DNA of 64,000 nt, taken from positions 806,001-870,000 of the forward strand of contig NEEC01000011.1 of the NCBI GenBank assembly GCA_002189035.1, written 5' to 3'. The notes below the pieces were generated by a model. That model saw only the letters and a program-made list of their open reading frames with translations. It searched no databases and was not told where the DNA came from. Numbering within the stretch: the stretch's first letter is position 1; each line of letters begins with the position of its first letter. Positions 1 through 12,480 of the stretch are shown here, piece after piece. The DNA is from Utricularia gibba (taxonomy: Eukaryota > Plantae > Magnoliophyta). A program made the position numbers and the translations under genes.

Positions 1-1643
1 TAGAGTATGTGCTATTTTGCATAACCGAAATATAGATGTGGTACTTTGCTAATATCTTTCGATTATTAGTGTTGGTCATTCAAGGAACAAAAAATCATGC
101 AGCAGAATTGTGGGTATTTTTGTATTCTTTTATTGATTCTCAAACATCAATAATTATTTGATTTAATTTATTATAATAAATTTAAAAGTAAGAATACAAT
201 TGGCATTGCGAGATCGTAAGTTTTGACTTTTTAAAAGTATTGAAGTTATGTGAATTTCATTTTGAATAATTAATTTTAAGCTAAGATTCGATTTCATATT
301 CTTGTTGTTTTAGTTAAGCGTGGATAGGTATAAATTTGTGCATAATTTGAGAAACTCATTTAGGTTCAATCCTAATATTTCATCACAAATTGGAATGGAT
401 CTATGTTTTCAGGTTTTTTTATTATAACACTTTTGTTGTAATGACAATACAAAAAAAGATTATCCTTTACTCATAGTATAATAGAGAAAGAGAAGAGGAT
501 AAAGAAAATGAGAGGTTACCACTTCTGTGACTCAAGACACAAAGTATTTGTTGAGAGTATTTAAGGAATAGAATCTTTGATACGAGATCCAGGACTACCT
601 CCTCAAATATGGAAATATCCAAGTAATAAAAGAGATGATATTGGAAGAGTATATTTAAAATTGGATCCTATACAACCTTTATTGGGTCATTATCAACCAT
701 CTGGTTTAAAAAATCATCAAAAGCATTTTGAGTATTCATGGTTTAATAAGTTTCCTTCTTGGATGGAATATTCAGAGATCAAACATTGTACCTATTATTT
801 TTGTTTGCTAAAGAAAATAATCAAGTTGGTAATGATGACTTCACAATTCATAGTTTTTAAAATTGGAAAAAGGCGAACAATGGAAAACGTTGGATGGAAT
901 ACTTGCTGACAGTATAATGATCACTTCATAACTGGTAATGATGTCTTCACAAAATTCTGTCGTGCATTGTTCGATCAAGCTAGTCATTTAGATAATATTT
1001 TTCAGGTTCACAGTAATGAAGAAAAGGCAAATGAATTAATTGTGATTTAAAGTTTCTATTGTAGTAGTAAAGTGCTTTAATTCTTATGGTTGTATGTTTG
1101 AGGGTCATGATGAGACGTCACCTTGAGATAATTGAGGTAACTTTTTTGAGCTATTTCAAGTTTTAGTGGAATTTAATCCCGAGATTGAGAAAGTAGTTCT
1201 TCAAAATTCCGATTAATCATAGATATGCTTCACTTCTTATTCATAAGAAATTGAGTAATTATGCTATTTGATTCAACGTTATATTTGTAAAGAAATTGTT
1301 GATTCGAAATTTGCTAAAGTGTTAATGAAACTTGCAATATTGCAAAACGAGAGCAAAGATCATTGGTGTTAAGATTTGTTGATAAGGATGGAACGCTAAA
1401 GAACCTTTTTTTTATTTGATACATGCGTCAAATAAAAAATTATGACTCTTAAGAAATTTTGAGTTCTAATTACATTTTATAATATTTTTATGCTATGAAT
1501 CTCTAATTTTTAGTAGTGGTAATTGTAGTATCATTTCTATTTTAAAGTATAAATATGAATTAAATAAATGATTTAGACCACATCATGTTTTCTAATATTT
1601 TTCTAAAAGTTAATGACAATATTATAGAACAAATCATGTCTAA
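1..1643 (+). pseudogene. Degraded hAT-superfamily transposase remnant (ZMYM1/TTF-type zinc finger, DUF4371-like), copy 1
   Basis: ORF 577-909 reads RDPGLPPQIWKYPSNKRDDIGRVYLKLDPIQP...SWFNKFPSWMEYS..KHCTYYFC, the typical N-terminus of plant ZMYM1-like hAT transposases. Downstream frames are broken. Homologous to 10229-12015 and 39570-40783. Confidence 0.8.
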
Positions 1644-2235
1644 CTTATGTGCACTAAACCGATGACATATAATATAAGATAACCGTAGAATGCAAAAAAT
1701 GGACAAATAAGGAGATAATTTACTCTTAGATAGAAGTAGCAGCAATAGAAAAAAAAAAAAGAGTGATGTATAGAAGATGTTGAATGAATGGAAAGAAATG
1801 GCAAAAAAGTTAAAAAAATAGGAAATAGGATATACAAAATTGCGAAAGAAGAAATAGAAGGACAGTCAAATAGTTTGCACACAATGCAAAAGAATTTAAA
1901 AAAAAAAGACTAACAAGGAAAATTTCTCATCCTCCATCCCAAGAGTTCTAAGGGGGGAAATCCAAATAGACACCCTAGTAAGGAGGAAGACGAACCAAAA
2001 GTTTGAAAAACAAGGTAGAAAAACCTCAGTCCAACGAGAACCCAAGAAAGTTCTTTCAAAATATAATGTTTATAGCTATTAGCAATATTGGTGAAGTAGA
2101 ATTTATTTTTACTTTTCTTTGCGGGATTTGTTTTCAACTTGTAGTTTTGTTGTTATAACTGTGAGTAGCTAAACTATTGTTTGGTGTTTTGGAGAGAAAG
2201 AGAGATTTATTCAATTTGGATAAGGGTTCTAAGTT
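1644..2235 (+). repeat. LTR-like segment (family X) fused to hAT copy 1, cut off by the Athila insertion
   Basis: Matches 40784-41430 (e.g. AATTTCTCATCCTCCA..CAAATAGACACCCTAG and GAGTAGCTAAACT). Carries the GAGTAGCTA motif also seen in the Athila LTRs of this window. Confidence 0.5.
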
Positions 2236-3600
2236 TGATAGCACACAAATTTTCATGTTTTTAGGATATGAAAATTAGGAGTTTTTAATTATCTTTAATT
2301 ATTTATTTTATAGTTTTAAATGTTTTTATGTGATTTAAGAAAATATTTTTGGTGTGTTATTGGATTAAATCCTTTGATTTAGTCCACCCATGTGCTAACC
2401 CAATTTTGAGCCTAGCAGCTACTCGAAAATCATGGAAGAAACAAGGATTGCGTGCAAGTCACCATGTAATAAGGAATAATGAGTACACTGTCGTGACAGC
2501 AGTCTATAAGTCAAAGATAGAAGTAGTAGATCTATCAAAAACTGTACCTACCTTAGGAAGTGAGAGGAGAGAGAATCACAAAAGGGGGGAAGAAAAGTTT
2601 TCAGAATGCACACGGGGGTTTTCCCTTCAACAGGACGAACTCCCCTACCAACCTCTAACGACTTCTCCTCCAACTCGAACATAGAGAATACCGAAGGAGA
2701 AGGAGAAAGAAAGGCGATTTTTCTAGAGAAGAAACTCCAATGTGCAGGAAGAAGATCAAGATCTAATTCAGTACTACTATTCCGGTCCAAAACCAATCAC
2801 AGACGGAAACCAGACTTCTTACTGCTTTGTTTTTCGTTTGTTGATGTTTTCAGTATCTGCAACCAACTTATGCATGCTTTTCTTGACATTCTCTCTGTTT
2901 TATGTTAATGTCATTACTTTTTACTTTTCAAGTATGAGTAGCTACAACCTTAGAGATGTCTTAAGGTAAAGCATAGTGGTGTGGGTCTAGGATTCTTAAT
3001 AAAATTCATCATTGTTTCTTAGTTCTTGTTTCTATCATTCCATGAGTAAACCTAAGGAGGGGAACAAGTAACTTTAAAACTAAGAAGCTTGGTTTAGAGG
3101 TAGACCAACAAATTAAGACGGGTGTAGTAGATGCTAGTTCAGGATAGAACCAGTAGAACCGGGTAGACCTAATTCTATATACTTTGCATGCAGGTAGACC
3201 TAATTATAAGGTTGGTGATGACATTGGGGACTAGTTTAGTCGAAAATATGACAAATGACCTGGATAGACTTAGGTTTTAGCACCACACCACCTGTAGATG
3301 CATAAGGCATCCTCGTATTATTTTGCGTTAGAACCAGTAGTTGCTACCTTCTGCATTGAAACTTGATTTCGTTTACAGAACTTACTTGCCACAGCTATTC
3401 CGAGCTTAGACCAAGACTTCCTGTTATTTCGAATACTGCATCTACTGAAACACTTGGCAAGAACAAGCTCCTTGTGATCGACCCCGAAATCCACTATACA
3501 AGTTTTTTAAATTTGTATTTTGTGTAGATTAGGGCTTATAAATTTATTTGATAACGAAATTTCTATTTTTGCAACGACATTAGGAAATTTCCGCTTATCA
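2236..3600 (+). repeat. 5' LTR of Athila element (TGATAG...TTATCA, 1365 bp)
   Basis: TG..CA termini, directly followed by the PBS. Homologous reverse-complement copies lie at 14175-14874, 16187-17525 and 23956-25313. Confidence 0.85.
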
Positions 3601-3603
3601 AAT

Positions 3604-3621
3604 TGGCGCCATTGCCGGGGA
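3604..3621 (+). promoter_or_regulatory. Primer binding site TGGCGCCATTGCCGGGGA (Athila type)
   Basis: Starts 3 nt after the LTR end and matches the TGGCGCCGTTGCCGGGGA PBS typical of Athila elements. Confidence 0.85.
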
Positions 3622-3652
3622 GTGGTTTTTAATGGTTTTGTGTTTTTAGTTA

Positions 3653-4989
3653 ATGCATTTACGTTCTTCTGGTGTAGTTAATCTCACTTTCTTCCTAGAA
3701 ATTGAGCGCACAATCAGCAAGAATAGGGTCAAAGTTAGGGAAGCAAGCAAATCAAGGCAGCTCCCACCCGAGACCAACAGCAATTTCAGAATGGCTGAAC
3801 TTGAGAAGACCTTGAACGAATTAGATGATGCTAATCATACTTACGAGGGTCTGTGCATCAGATTTCCAGAGGATGGAGCAAATGAGCTGAAATCGGCGAT
3901 GATCAATTTTTTGCCCAAGTTTTATGGAAAAATTGAAGAAAACCCCCATGAGCATCTTGACAACGTAACAGCAGTATGCACATCATTTAAGGGAGCTGGA
4001 ATGACTCAAGATTCCATTTGTTTGAGAGCCTTCCGGTTTACTTTGGAAGGAGAAGCCAAAATGTAGTTCAACTCACTAAGGCCTAGAAGCATAACTGATT
4101 GGGTTGGAATGAAGAAGGTGTTTTTGAGCAAATATTTTCCAGCTGAAGGAATTAAAAAAGAAATTAGTGATATTGAACAAATGAGTGGAGAATCATTGCA
4201 CGAATATTGGGAGAGATTTAATCATCTTTTGAGTTCCTATCCACACCATGGTTTTCAGACCAATACTTTGGTCAAATACTTCTATGATGGACTCTTATGC
4301 ACTGACCAAGCCATGATAGATTCAGCGGCAGAAGGATTTTTAAGGAAAAAGATACCAACCAAAGCTCTTTCCTTGCTTGAGGAGTTGGCTGAGCATTCGA
4401 GACATATTATCAGGAAGCAAACCTCAAACAAGAGGGTGTATGAAGTGGAGAGCAAGCCCAGGATTTTAGAGACTAAACTCACAAAAAATGTTGGTGCTAT
4501 GTCAGAAATGATGAAGAAGCTGTTCTTATTCCAGGCCAAGAACATGCCGTGTGGAAACTATCATAGAACAGGGCATGTTGTGGACAAGTGTCCAGATTTT
4601 CTTGAAGAAGAGCATGTTAAGGCTATGGAATAATTGGAGCCCTAGCAGAGGAAGAAAAATGATCCATATTCAAATACTTACAACCCAAGTTGGAGGGATC
4701 ATCCAAATTTTCGTTGGAGCAACAACGAAAATTCTTACAAAGGGGAGAGCTCAACAATGGGGCAGCAAAATTTTCAGAAGCAAAGATCTTATTACGCACC
4801 TCCATTTCGAAGGAAAAACCAATAGCAATCTGGAATTTGGAGGTTCAAGTGAGTCAGTTAGCAGCAGAGCTTGGAGACTTGAAGCAGAAAGGGAGTTTAC
4901 CATCTCAACCCAAGCCAAACCCGAATTCCAATGGAGTGCCGAATATCAGCGCCATGATACTAAGGACTGGAAAAGAAAAGCTTGGATGA
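3653..4989 (+). pseudogene. Athila gag (retrotransposon gag domain), interrupted
   Basis: ORFs 3653-4066 and 4109-4633 contain LPKFYGKIEENPHEHL, FRFTLEGEAK, ESLHEYWERF, YPHHGF and FYDGL. The Athila DPYSNTYNPSWRDHPNF motif follows at about 4660-4710. Confidence 0.85.
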
Positions 4990-5216
4990 GAACTAGTCCA
5001 GACTGAGACTAAGGGGAACGAAACAGAGGAGTATGGAGTTGTTGTACAGAGTGACGATGAAGTTAAGGTACTATCAAAACCAGTCATGGTGAAGGTGACC
5101 CAACCTCCTTTTCCAGGAAGGCTGAAGTTGAAAGAAGAGCAAACCGAAAAGGAGAAAATCTTGAAAGCATTGGGAAACACTCAATTGAATTTTACTCTCT
5201 TGGATATATTGATCTT

Positions 5217-5803
5217 GTGCCGAAGAGTGTTAAATATTTGAAGCAGCTATGTATGTCAAAACCCAAGTTGAAAGAGAAGGGGAAGGTGAAATTGAGTGAA
5301 AGCTGCTCAGCACTTTTAACATGGAAATTACCCGAGAAGCGCAAAGATCCGGGTACGTTTTTTATCCCATGCAATATAAGAGATTTGTGCATCAGGAGAC
5401 CTATGGTAGACCTGGGAGCTTCTATAAATGTCATGTCGAATTCTGTTTATGAGGCACTTAGGTTGTGACCTTTGCAAGCATCGGGTGTACAAATTGAGCT
5501 GGCGGATAGGAGAGTGATCTCTCCCAAAAGCTTGGTTGAGAATGTTTTGGTGAAAATTGAGCACTTGTGTTCCCAGTTGATTTTTATGTGATTAACATGC
5601 CCACTGGAGGATCAAAGGACACGACAATTATCTTAAGCACTTCAAATGCCATCATCAACGTGAAGAAGGGAACCATTGAGCTTTCTTTTGATGAAGACAA
5701 AATCACACTAGACATGAAGGATGTGAAGAATTATCCCAGTGATTTTGAGAGCATCTGTGCTGTGGACGTCATGGATGGACTAATTGAGGAGCACTTGAAG
5801 TAA
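5217..5803 (+). pseudogene. Athila aspartic protease region
   Basis: LPEKRKDPGTFFIPCNI...MVDLGASINVM and FPVDFYVI. Confidence 0.85.
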
Positions 5804-5851
5804 GAAATTCAAGAAAAGGAAGAGGCTCATGAAGAATCTTTATTTGCAAAA

Positions 5852-7470
5852 TTGGAAGCTGAAGAAAAATTTGAGCAATTAAATATGGTGCAAGGCAAGA
5901 CTCAGGAAGAGAGGTTAACTGAATTGAAACCATTGCCTAATCATTTAAAATATGTTTTTCTTGACGCAGAGTTCAGGAACCTGGTTATCATCTCCACTGG
6001 TCTGAGCTCAGACCAAGAGTCACAACTGCTCAAGGTACTTAACAGAAACAAGAAGGCAATAGGTTGGACGCTTGATGACATTGAGGGGATCTGCCCATCC
6101 ATATGCATGCACAGAATTTTTCTAGAGGATGGTGCAAAACCAGTTCGTCAACCTCAAAGACGCCTCAACCCAAACATGATGGAGGTGGAAAGAAAAGAAA
6201 TTGTTAAACTCCATGATGCAGGGATTATTTACTCTATCACAGATAGTGAATGGGTGAGCCCCATTCACGTTGTGCGAAAGAAGACAGGGATGACCGTGGT
6301 GGAGAATGAGAAAGGCGAGCTTGTTCCATAAAGGGTGCAAAATGGATGGCGGGTTTGCATAGATTATTGAAAATTAAATGAAGTGGCAAAGAAAGACTAT
6401 TATCCTTTGCCTTTTATTGATTAGATGTTAGAAAAATTGGCTGGAAAATCGTTTTATTGTTTTTTAGATTGATATTCTGGATATAATCAGGTTCCTATTT
6501 CAGAGCGGATCAAGACAAGACAACCTTCACGTGTTCATTTGGAGCTTATACTTATAGGAGGATGCCTTTCGGATTGTGTAATGCCCCAGCCACATTGCAG
6601 AGGTGTATGACTAGTATTTTCTCTAATTTTGGTGATGATTTTACAGTATATGGAGAAAATTTTGAGTCATGTTTAGACCATTTGGATCAGGTTTTAAAGA
6701 AATGTGTAGAAAAGAATTTGGTTTTAAATTCTGAAAAATGTCATTTTATGGTGGATCATGGAATTGTTTTAGGACATGTGATTTCTAAAAAAGAGATTGA
6801 GGTAGATAAGGCGAAAATTGAAATTATGCCTGAACTTCCTTACCCTATTGATGTGAAAGGTATTAGATCATTTTTAGGACATATTGGTTTTTATAGGAGG
6901 TTTATTAAGAATTTTTCAAAAATTGCATTTCCCCCTAGTAGGTTGTTGCATAATGATGTTGCCTTTGATTTTGATGATTCATATAAGCATGCTTTTAATT
7001 CCTTGAAAAAGGCTGTTACTACTGCACATGTGATTCAACCACCTGATTGGAGGTATGATTTTGAGATCATGTGTGATGCAAGTAATCATGCTGTTGGTGC
7101 TATTATGGGATAGAAAATTGAAGGGAAGCATCATGTTATCTCTTATGCTTCGAAAACCTTGGATGAAGCCTCGAAAAATTATACCATCACTGAAAGGGAA
7201 TTTCTTTCTGTTATTTTTGCCTTGAAAAAATTTCATTCTTATCTTTTAGGTAGCAAAGTGGTGGTATACACTGATCATTTGGCGGTGAAGCACTTGATGG
7301 AGAAGAAGGACTCCAAACCAAGACTTATTAGATGGGTCCTTTTTGTTCAAGAGTTTGATGTTGAGATAAAGGACAGGCCTGGAAGGGAGAACCTTGTGGC
7401 TGATCATCTCAACATGATTGAAGGAAGTGAAGGAGATGGAATCATTACTGAGACGTTTCCAGATGAACAG
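5852..7470 (+). pseudogene. Athila reverse transcriptase and RNase H
   Basis: [74 protein letters not shown] and KPRLIRW, with several stops. Confidence 0.9.
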
Positions 7471-7599
7471 CAATTCTCAGTTCGGACTACTATACGTGAA
7501 CTGTTTTGTGCTGATCTTGCAAACTTTGTTTCAATAGGGGTGATGCCACCTAGAATGGACTATCATCTAAGGAACAGCTTAAGAGTGATGCCAAATACT

Positions 7600-8802
7600 A
7601 CATATGGGATGATCCCTATTTATATAAGAGATGCAATGATGGCGTCATTCGAAAGTGCGTTCATGAAAATGAAATTCCAAAAATTATTGATTCTTGTCAT
7701 GCAGAACCTTTTGGTGGCCATCATGGACCAAATAGAACAGCAAGAAAAATTCTAGACTGTGGATTTTATTTGCCTCATATTTTTAGAGATTGTTACACCT
7801 ATTGCAAAGGTTGTGAACCATGCCAAAGGGTAGGAAATTTATCAAACATAAATGAAATGCCTCAATAAGGAATCCTGGTATGTGAATTATTTGATGTATG
7901 GGGTACATATTTTATTGGACCATTTCCTACTTCAGCAGGTTACAATTACATTTTGGTTGTGGTTGATTATGTGTCCAAATGGATTGAAGCAATCCCTACA
8001 CGAACTGATGATGCAAAGACGATGATTAATTTCTTACGCAACAACAGCTTCACGAGATATGGAACTCCTAAGGTGCTGATCAGTGATAGGGGAAACACAT
8101 TTTTACAATCAGGCCTTAAGAAGTGTTTTAAAGCATTTCAATGTTTGGTACAAGCCTTCTACAGAGTACCATCCACAAATCAATGGGAAAACCGAAGTCT
8201 CCAACAGGGAAATCAAGCAAATTCTAGAGAAAGTTGTGAATCCATGCAGGAAAGATTGGACCATGAGGTTGAAAGATGCACTTTGAGCTATACGGACAGC
8301 ATACAAGACTCCCATTGGGACCTCACCATTTCGATTGTTTTATGGGAAGCCTTATAGACTACCAGCAGCTCTTAAGCACAAGGCTTGGTGGGCAGTGAAG
8401 AAATTAAACTTGGATAGGAACCTTAGTACAAGTCACTGGAAGCTTCAGCTTTCATAACTGAAAGAATTGAGAACTGATGCGTATGAGAGCTCGAAACTAT
8501 TCAAAGCTCGGACTAAGAGTAATCATGACGCACATATTTCCAGGAGAAATTTCGAGGTTGGCCAGAAGGTCTTATTATTCCAATCCATGCGGAAGTTGCA
8601 CCCTAGGAAGCTTAAATCAAGATGGATAGGACCTTTTATTGTGAAGGAAATTTTTCCAAATGGTGCAGTGGAGATATTTGATGGAAATTCAAACAAAGGA
8701 TTTTTGGTAAATGGGCATTGCTTGAAAATTTTTTATGAAAATGCTAACATATTCACAAGAAATCTGAAGGTGACCAAGCTGATGGAAGCTCCAGAAACAT
8801 AA
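7600..8802 (+). pseudogene. Athila integrase
   Basis: [48 protein letters not shown] and KLKSRWIGPF. Confidence 0.9.
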
Positions 8803-8971
8803 TCACACGAGAAGTCGGGTCCAAGGCTATAAACAAGGGCGCTTGTGGGAGGCAACCTAGGTTAAGTCTTTAATTTCAGCACTTTCATTTTTAGTTTAAT
8901 GTTGTTATTTTATGACTTTTATCCATATTTTGTGCTGCTGGGAAACGACTGTTGGGTGTTAAGAGGAGTTA

Positions 8972-9736
8972 TTGATGGGCACTGAATTTTCGTTTTCTTT
9001 AGCTGAGTGGAATGTTGCTCTCGGTTTTTGTTCAAAACAGCAAGTAGATTCGCATGATTTTGCTACCTCTTTATTTGATTATCCAGAAGACTTTGATGCT
9101 GAAGAATTTTATGAAATTTTGACTGATCAGCATGTCATTGAATTTAAGGCAAAAGGAAAAAAATCTGAATTTTTTGTTGGTTCATTCATGCATTATGTTC
9201 ATATGTTAGTCACAATAACTCTTTTCGATAGAAATGTTGGGTTTAAAGCTCTTTACAAACGTGAATTATTTGTGTTGTGGTGCATTATGAATAAACGGTC
9301 TGTGAACTTAGGTGTAATGCTTGCTGAACAAATGAATAAGAATTATAGGCATACTAAAATTCTGCAATTAAGCTTTAGTCATATTTTTACGCATCTGGTA
9401 CACACTCTCTGCCATGAGAAATTGTCTGAACTTGAATTCTTCCATGTTGAGACTCAGACTGTACCCCTGGATGCATATTCATTAAAAGTTGCTGGACTAA
9501 TCAAAGTCCAAGGAAGCGGGTTTGTTTTTAGATCTTTAGCAGGACTAGAAGTAAGAGTTATCCCAAGAAAGAAGATAGAAGACACTGCTGCTCCATCAAC
9601 CTCAACCCCAGCTCAAGAAGAAAAATGCTGCTGCTGCCCAGAAATATTAGAAGTGATGAATGACAAAATTTCTAACTTAATTCGGGTGATTAAAGAGTTA
9701 AAACAAGGAGTGGCCGACGCCTTCCTAAACAAGTAA
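8972..9736 (+). CDS. Athila extra (env-like) ORF, 254 aa open segment
   Basis: Lies between integrase and the 3' non-coding region, where Athila env-like ORFs occur. FSFSLAEWNVALG and ELFVLWCIMN..VNLG resemble Athila extra-ORF sequences. Probably 5'-truncated. Confidence 0.6.
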   Translation: MMGTEFSFSLAEWNVALGFCSKQQVDSHDFATSLFDYPEDFDAEEFYEILTDQHVIEFKAKGKKSEFFVGSFMHYVHMLVTITLFDRNVGFKALYKRELFVLWCIMNKRSVNLGVMLAEQMNKNYRHTKILQLSFSHIFTHLVHTLCHEKLSELEFFHVETQTVPLDAYSLKVAGLIKVQGSGFVFRSLAGLEVRVIPRKKIEDTAAPSTSTPAQEEKCCCCPEILEVMNDKISNLIRVIKELKQGVADAFLNK

Positions 9737-10228
9737 TCTGCTGCTAGAATGATTTAGTGTAGTATGTTTTTATTTATTTTATTTTATTTTCATGTTTAGG
9801 ATCTTGTTTATGTCAAAGAATAATATCTATCAGTCTAAGTTTAGACTTAGAATCATGTTTACTATAGTTATGTCTGGTAGCAGCAAAACTGTTTTTGATA
9901 GCTATGTTATTGAACAATATAGCTGTTAGATGAATTCTATTTGCATGAGCTTTGTGGACCTTTCTCATACCCGTGAGCATATTTTTATATTTTTATTTTA
10001 TGAGAGCATGTGTATGATTAGAAGAATCTAAGGAATGTGATCTAGATTGTTTCTTTTATATGATTTGTTGAACTTCACAGTAACTGCAGAATTGGTTGCC
10101 AACCACAAAAAAAGATAGGTGAATAAAGGGTCGACAAAAAAAAAGAAAGGAAGAAAAAAAATGAGACCCAAGTCCCAAAAAGCAGCACATATTAAAAGAG
10201 CATGTCCGGACTCATTAAGGATGTGTTG

Positions 10229-12015
10229 GTATAAATTTGTGCATAATTTGAAAAACTCATTTAGGTTCAATCCTAATATTTCATCACAAATTGGAATGCC
10301 TCACCTCTGTTTCCAGGTTTTTTTTATTATAACATTTTGGCATAATGATAATACAAAAAAAATATATCCTTTACTCATTGTATAAGAGCAAAAAGAGAAG
10401 AGGATAAAGAAAATGAGAGATTACCACTTCTTTGACTTCAGACACCCATGAAGTATTTGTTAAAAGTATTGAAGTGCACAATCCGTTATTTAAAGAAGTG
10501 ATATATAGGCTGTAGGCGATATGAGCAAAAGTTTGATGGAATACAATTTTTGATAGGCGATATGAGCAAAAGTACAACTCTAATATGGAAATATCCAGTT
10601 AATAAAAGAGATGATGTTCGAAGAGCATATTTGAAATGGGATCCTATACAACCTTTATTGGATCATTATCAACCGTCTAGTTTAAAAAATCATCAAAGGC
10701 ATTTTGAGTATTCATGGTTTAGTGAGTTTACTTCTTGGATGGAATATTCAGAGATCAAACATTGTACCTATTGTTTTGTTTGCTATTTATTTGCTAAAGA
10801 AAATAATCAAGTTGGTAATGATGTCTTCATAATTCATAGTTTTTAAAATTGAAAAAAGATGAACGATGGAAACATTGTTTTTTTCTTACCCGTATATAAA
10901 ATAATCCTTGCTGATAACATAATGATCACTTCCTAACTGGTAATGATGTCTTCACAAAACTATGTCATGCATTGTTTGATCAAGTTAGTCATTTGGATAA
11001 TATTATCCAGCTTCATAGTAATGAAGAAAAGCAAAGGAGTTAATTGTAATTGAAAGTTTCTAAAGTAGTAGTATTGCTTTACTTCTCATGGTTGTACATT
11101 GCGGGGTCATTGTGAGACGTCACCTTCAAAGTAGTAGTAACTGGTAATGATTTTGAGCTATTTCAAGTTTTAGTGGAATTCAATCCCCTTGCTGAGAAAG
11201 TAGTTCTTCAAAATGCCCCCAGTTAGTTATAGATATGCTTCACTTCTTATTCATAAAAAAATTGAATATTTATGCTACTTTGATTCAATGTTACATTTGT
11301 TAAGAAATTGTTGAATTTGAAATTCACGATATTGCAAAATGGGAGCAAATAGCATTGATGTTAAGATTAGGAAAGAAGCTATTTTTAATTCATACATGTG
11401 TCAATTACTAAAGTTATAACACTTAAGAAAATTTTGAGTTTTGATTACATTTTAGAATATTTTTATGTTATAATTTCCTAATTTTGAGTAGTGGAATTAG
11501 ATTTTTTAAATACAATTTATATCATATTTTTGTATTTTTAATATCCTTTCTATTTTTAAGTATAAATATGAATTCAATTAATGATTTAGACCACATCATG
11601 TTCTCTATTTTTTTCTGAATTTTAACAGCAATATTATAGAATAAATCATATCTAATTCTGAAATTGTTTAGTTATTCTTGACATATAGCAACAGAAAATG
11701 AAGTTCAGGTTTGATGAAAAGGCCGTGGCTCCTAAAGTTGGTGAGTTCATTAATTCTTAAATACAAATTTAAATCATTTGATGTAGTTAGGATATATCTG
11801 TTGGTAGAATTGTATTATCCATAAAACTTTAGTCAACAAGAAAGGATTGAATTAAAACTTTAGTTGATACATTTGTTATGGACGTATCTGAAGATGATGA
11901 GATGCAAAAAATAGATACTCTAACAGAATTGTGTCATTGTATAGTTGCAACCCATCAGTATAATATCTATCATCTAATTGATTGTCTACTATAAATACTT
12001 GTGCAACACTTCCAT
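10229..12015 (+). pseudogene. hAT transposase remnant, copy 2, reaching the C-terminal dimerisation region
   Basis: ORF 10550-10846 (IWKYPVNKRDDVRRAYLKWDPIQP...CTYCFVCYLF) is homologous to copy 1. About 11900-12000 reads KIDTLTELCHCIVATHQYNIYHLIDCLL, like the hAT LSELC...IYHLIDRL segment. Confidence 0.8.
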
Positions 12016-12298
12016 AAGTCTGTGCTCCACCTGACGTCGGTGAGGATTTCGCGTAGTTTCAGCAATTCTTCTACTTCCAAGTTACATTATCCCATTTCCA
12101 TGGAAGAGTTTTCTATCTGATATGATGAAATAATAAGACAGTAAAGAATCAAATAGTCAGACATAGGAATAGGATTAAACAACCATGTAGGCATCATTAT
12201 TTGAATTATTATACACCTAAGTTGTGATCTTAAATAAAAATACCTAGAGAATTATCTTGAAAAGTCTAGTGTAACTATGGAAAAGACGTCTCATGGGC

Positions 12299-12480
12299 AC
12301 TGCTTATGCGTAAGGCATGCCTATGAAAGCCTCCACAAAACTTTTTTCCACTACATGGACGTGGCTTATGTATAAGCCATGCCAGTCTGATCTTTTAAGG
12401 TGTGGCTTATGCATAAATGACATCTGTGTGATCTCTTTTCCACTACATGGGCATGACTTATACATAAGCAACGCCAGCAT
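12299..12480. repeat. Cluster of short near-palindromic repeats (core CTTATGCATAAG) with a duplicated TTTTCCACTACATGG unit
   Basis: Cores at about 12303, 12365, 12406 and 12457. TTTTCCACTACATGG occurs at 12344 and 12436. Confidence 0.7.

Larger units (their letters stand above)
2236..10222 (+). mobile_element. Athila-type Ty3/gypsy retrotransposon, decayed, 3' LTR missing
   Basis: 5' LTR, Athila-type PBS, gag-PR-RT-RH-INT order with stops and frameshifts, conserved post-integrase motif (TAAACAAG..GCGCTTGTGGGAGGCAACC at about 8829-8857) and an extra ORF after pol. Confidence 0.9.

Noticed and set aside
2349-2969. ORFs within LTRs (also 16886-17333 and 24799-25017)
   Set aside because: They are overlapping frames inside LTR repeats, with similarity explained by LTR homology rather than coding function.
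10224-10260. TGTTGGTATAAATTTGTGC as the start of a 3' LTR
   Set aside because: It does not match the 2236 LTR, and the same sequence lies internally in hAT copies 1 and 3.
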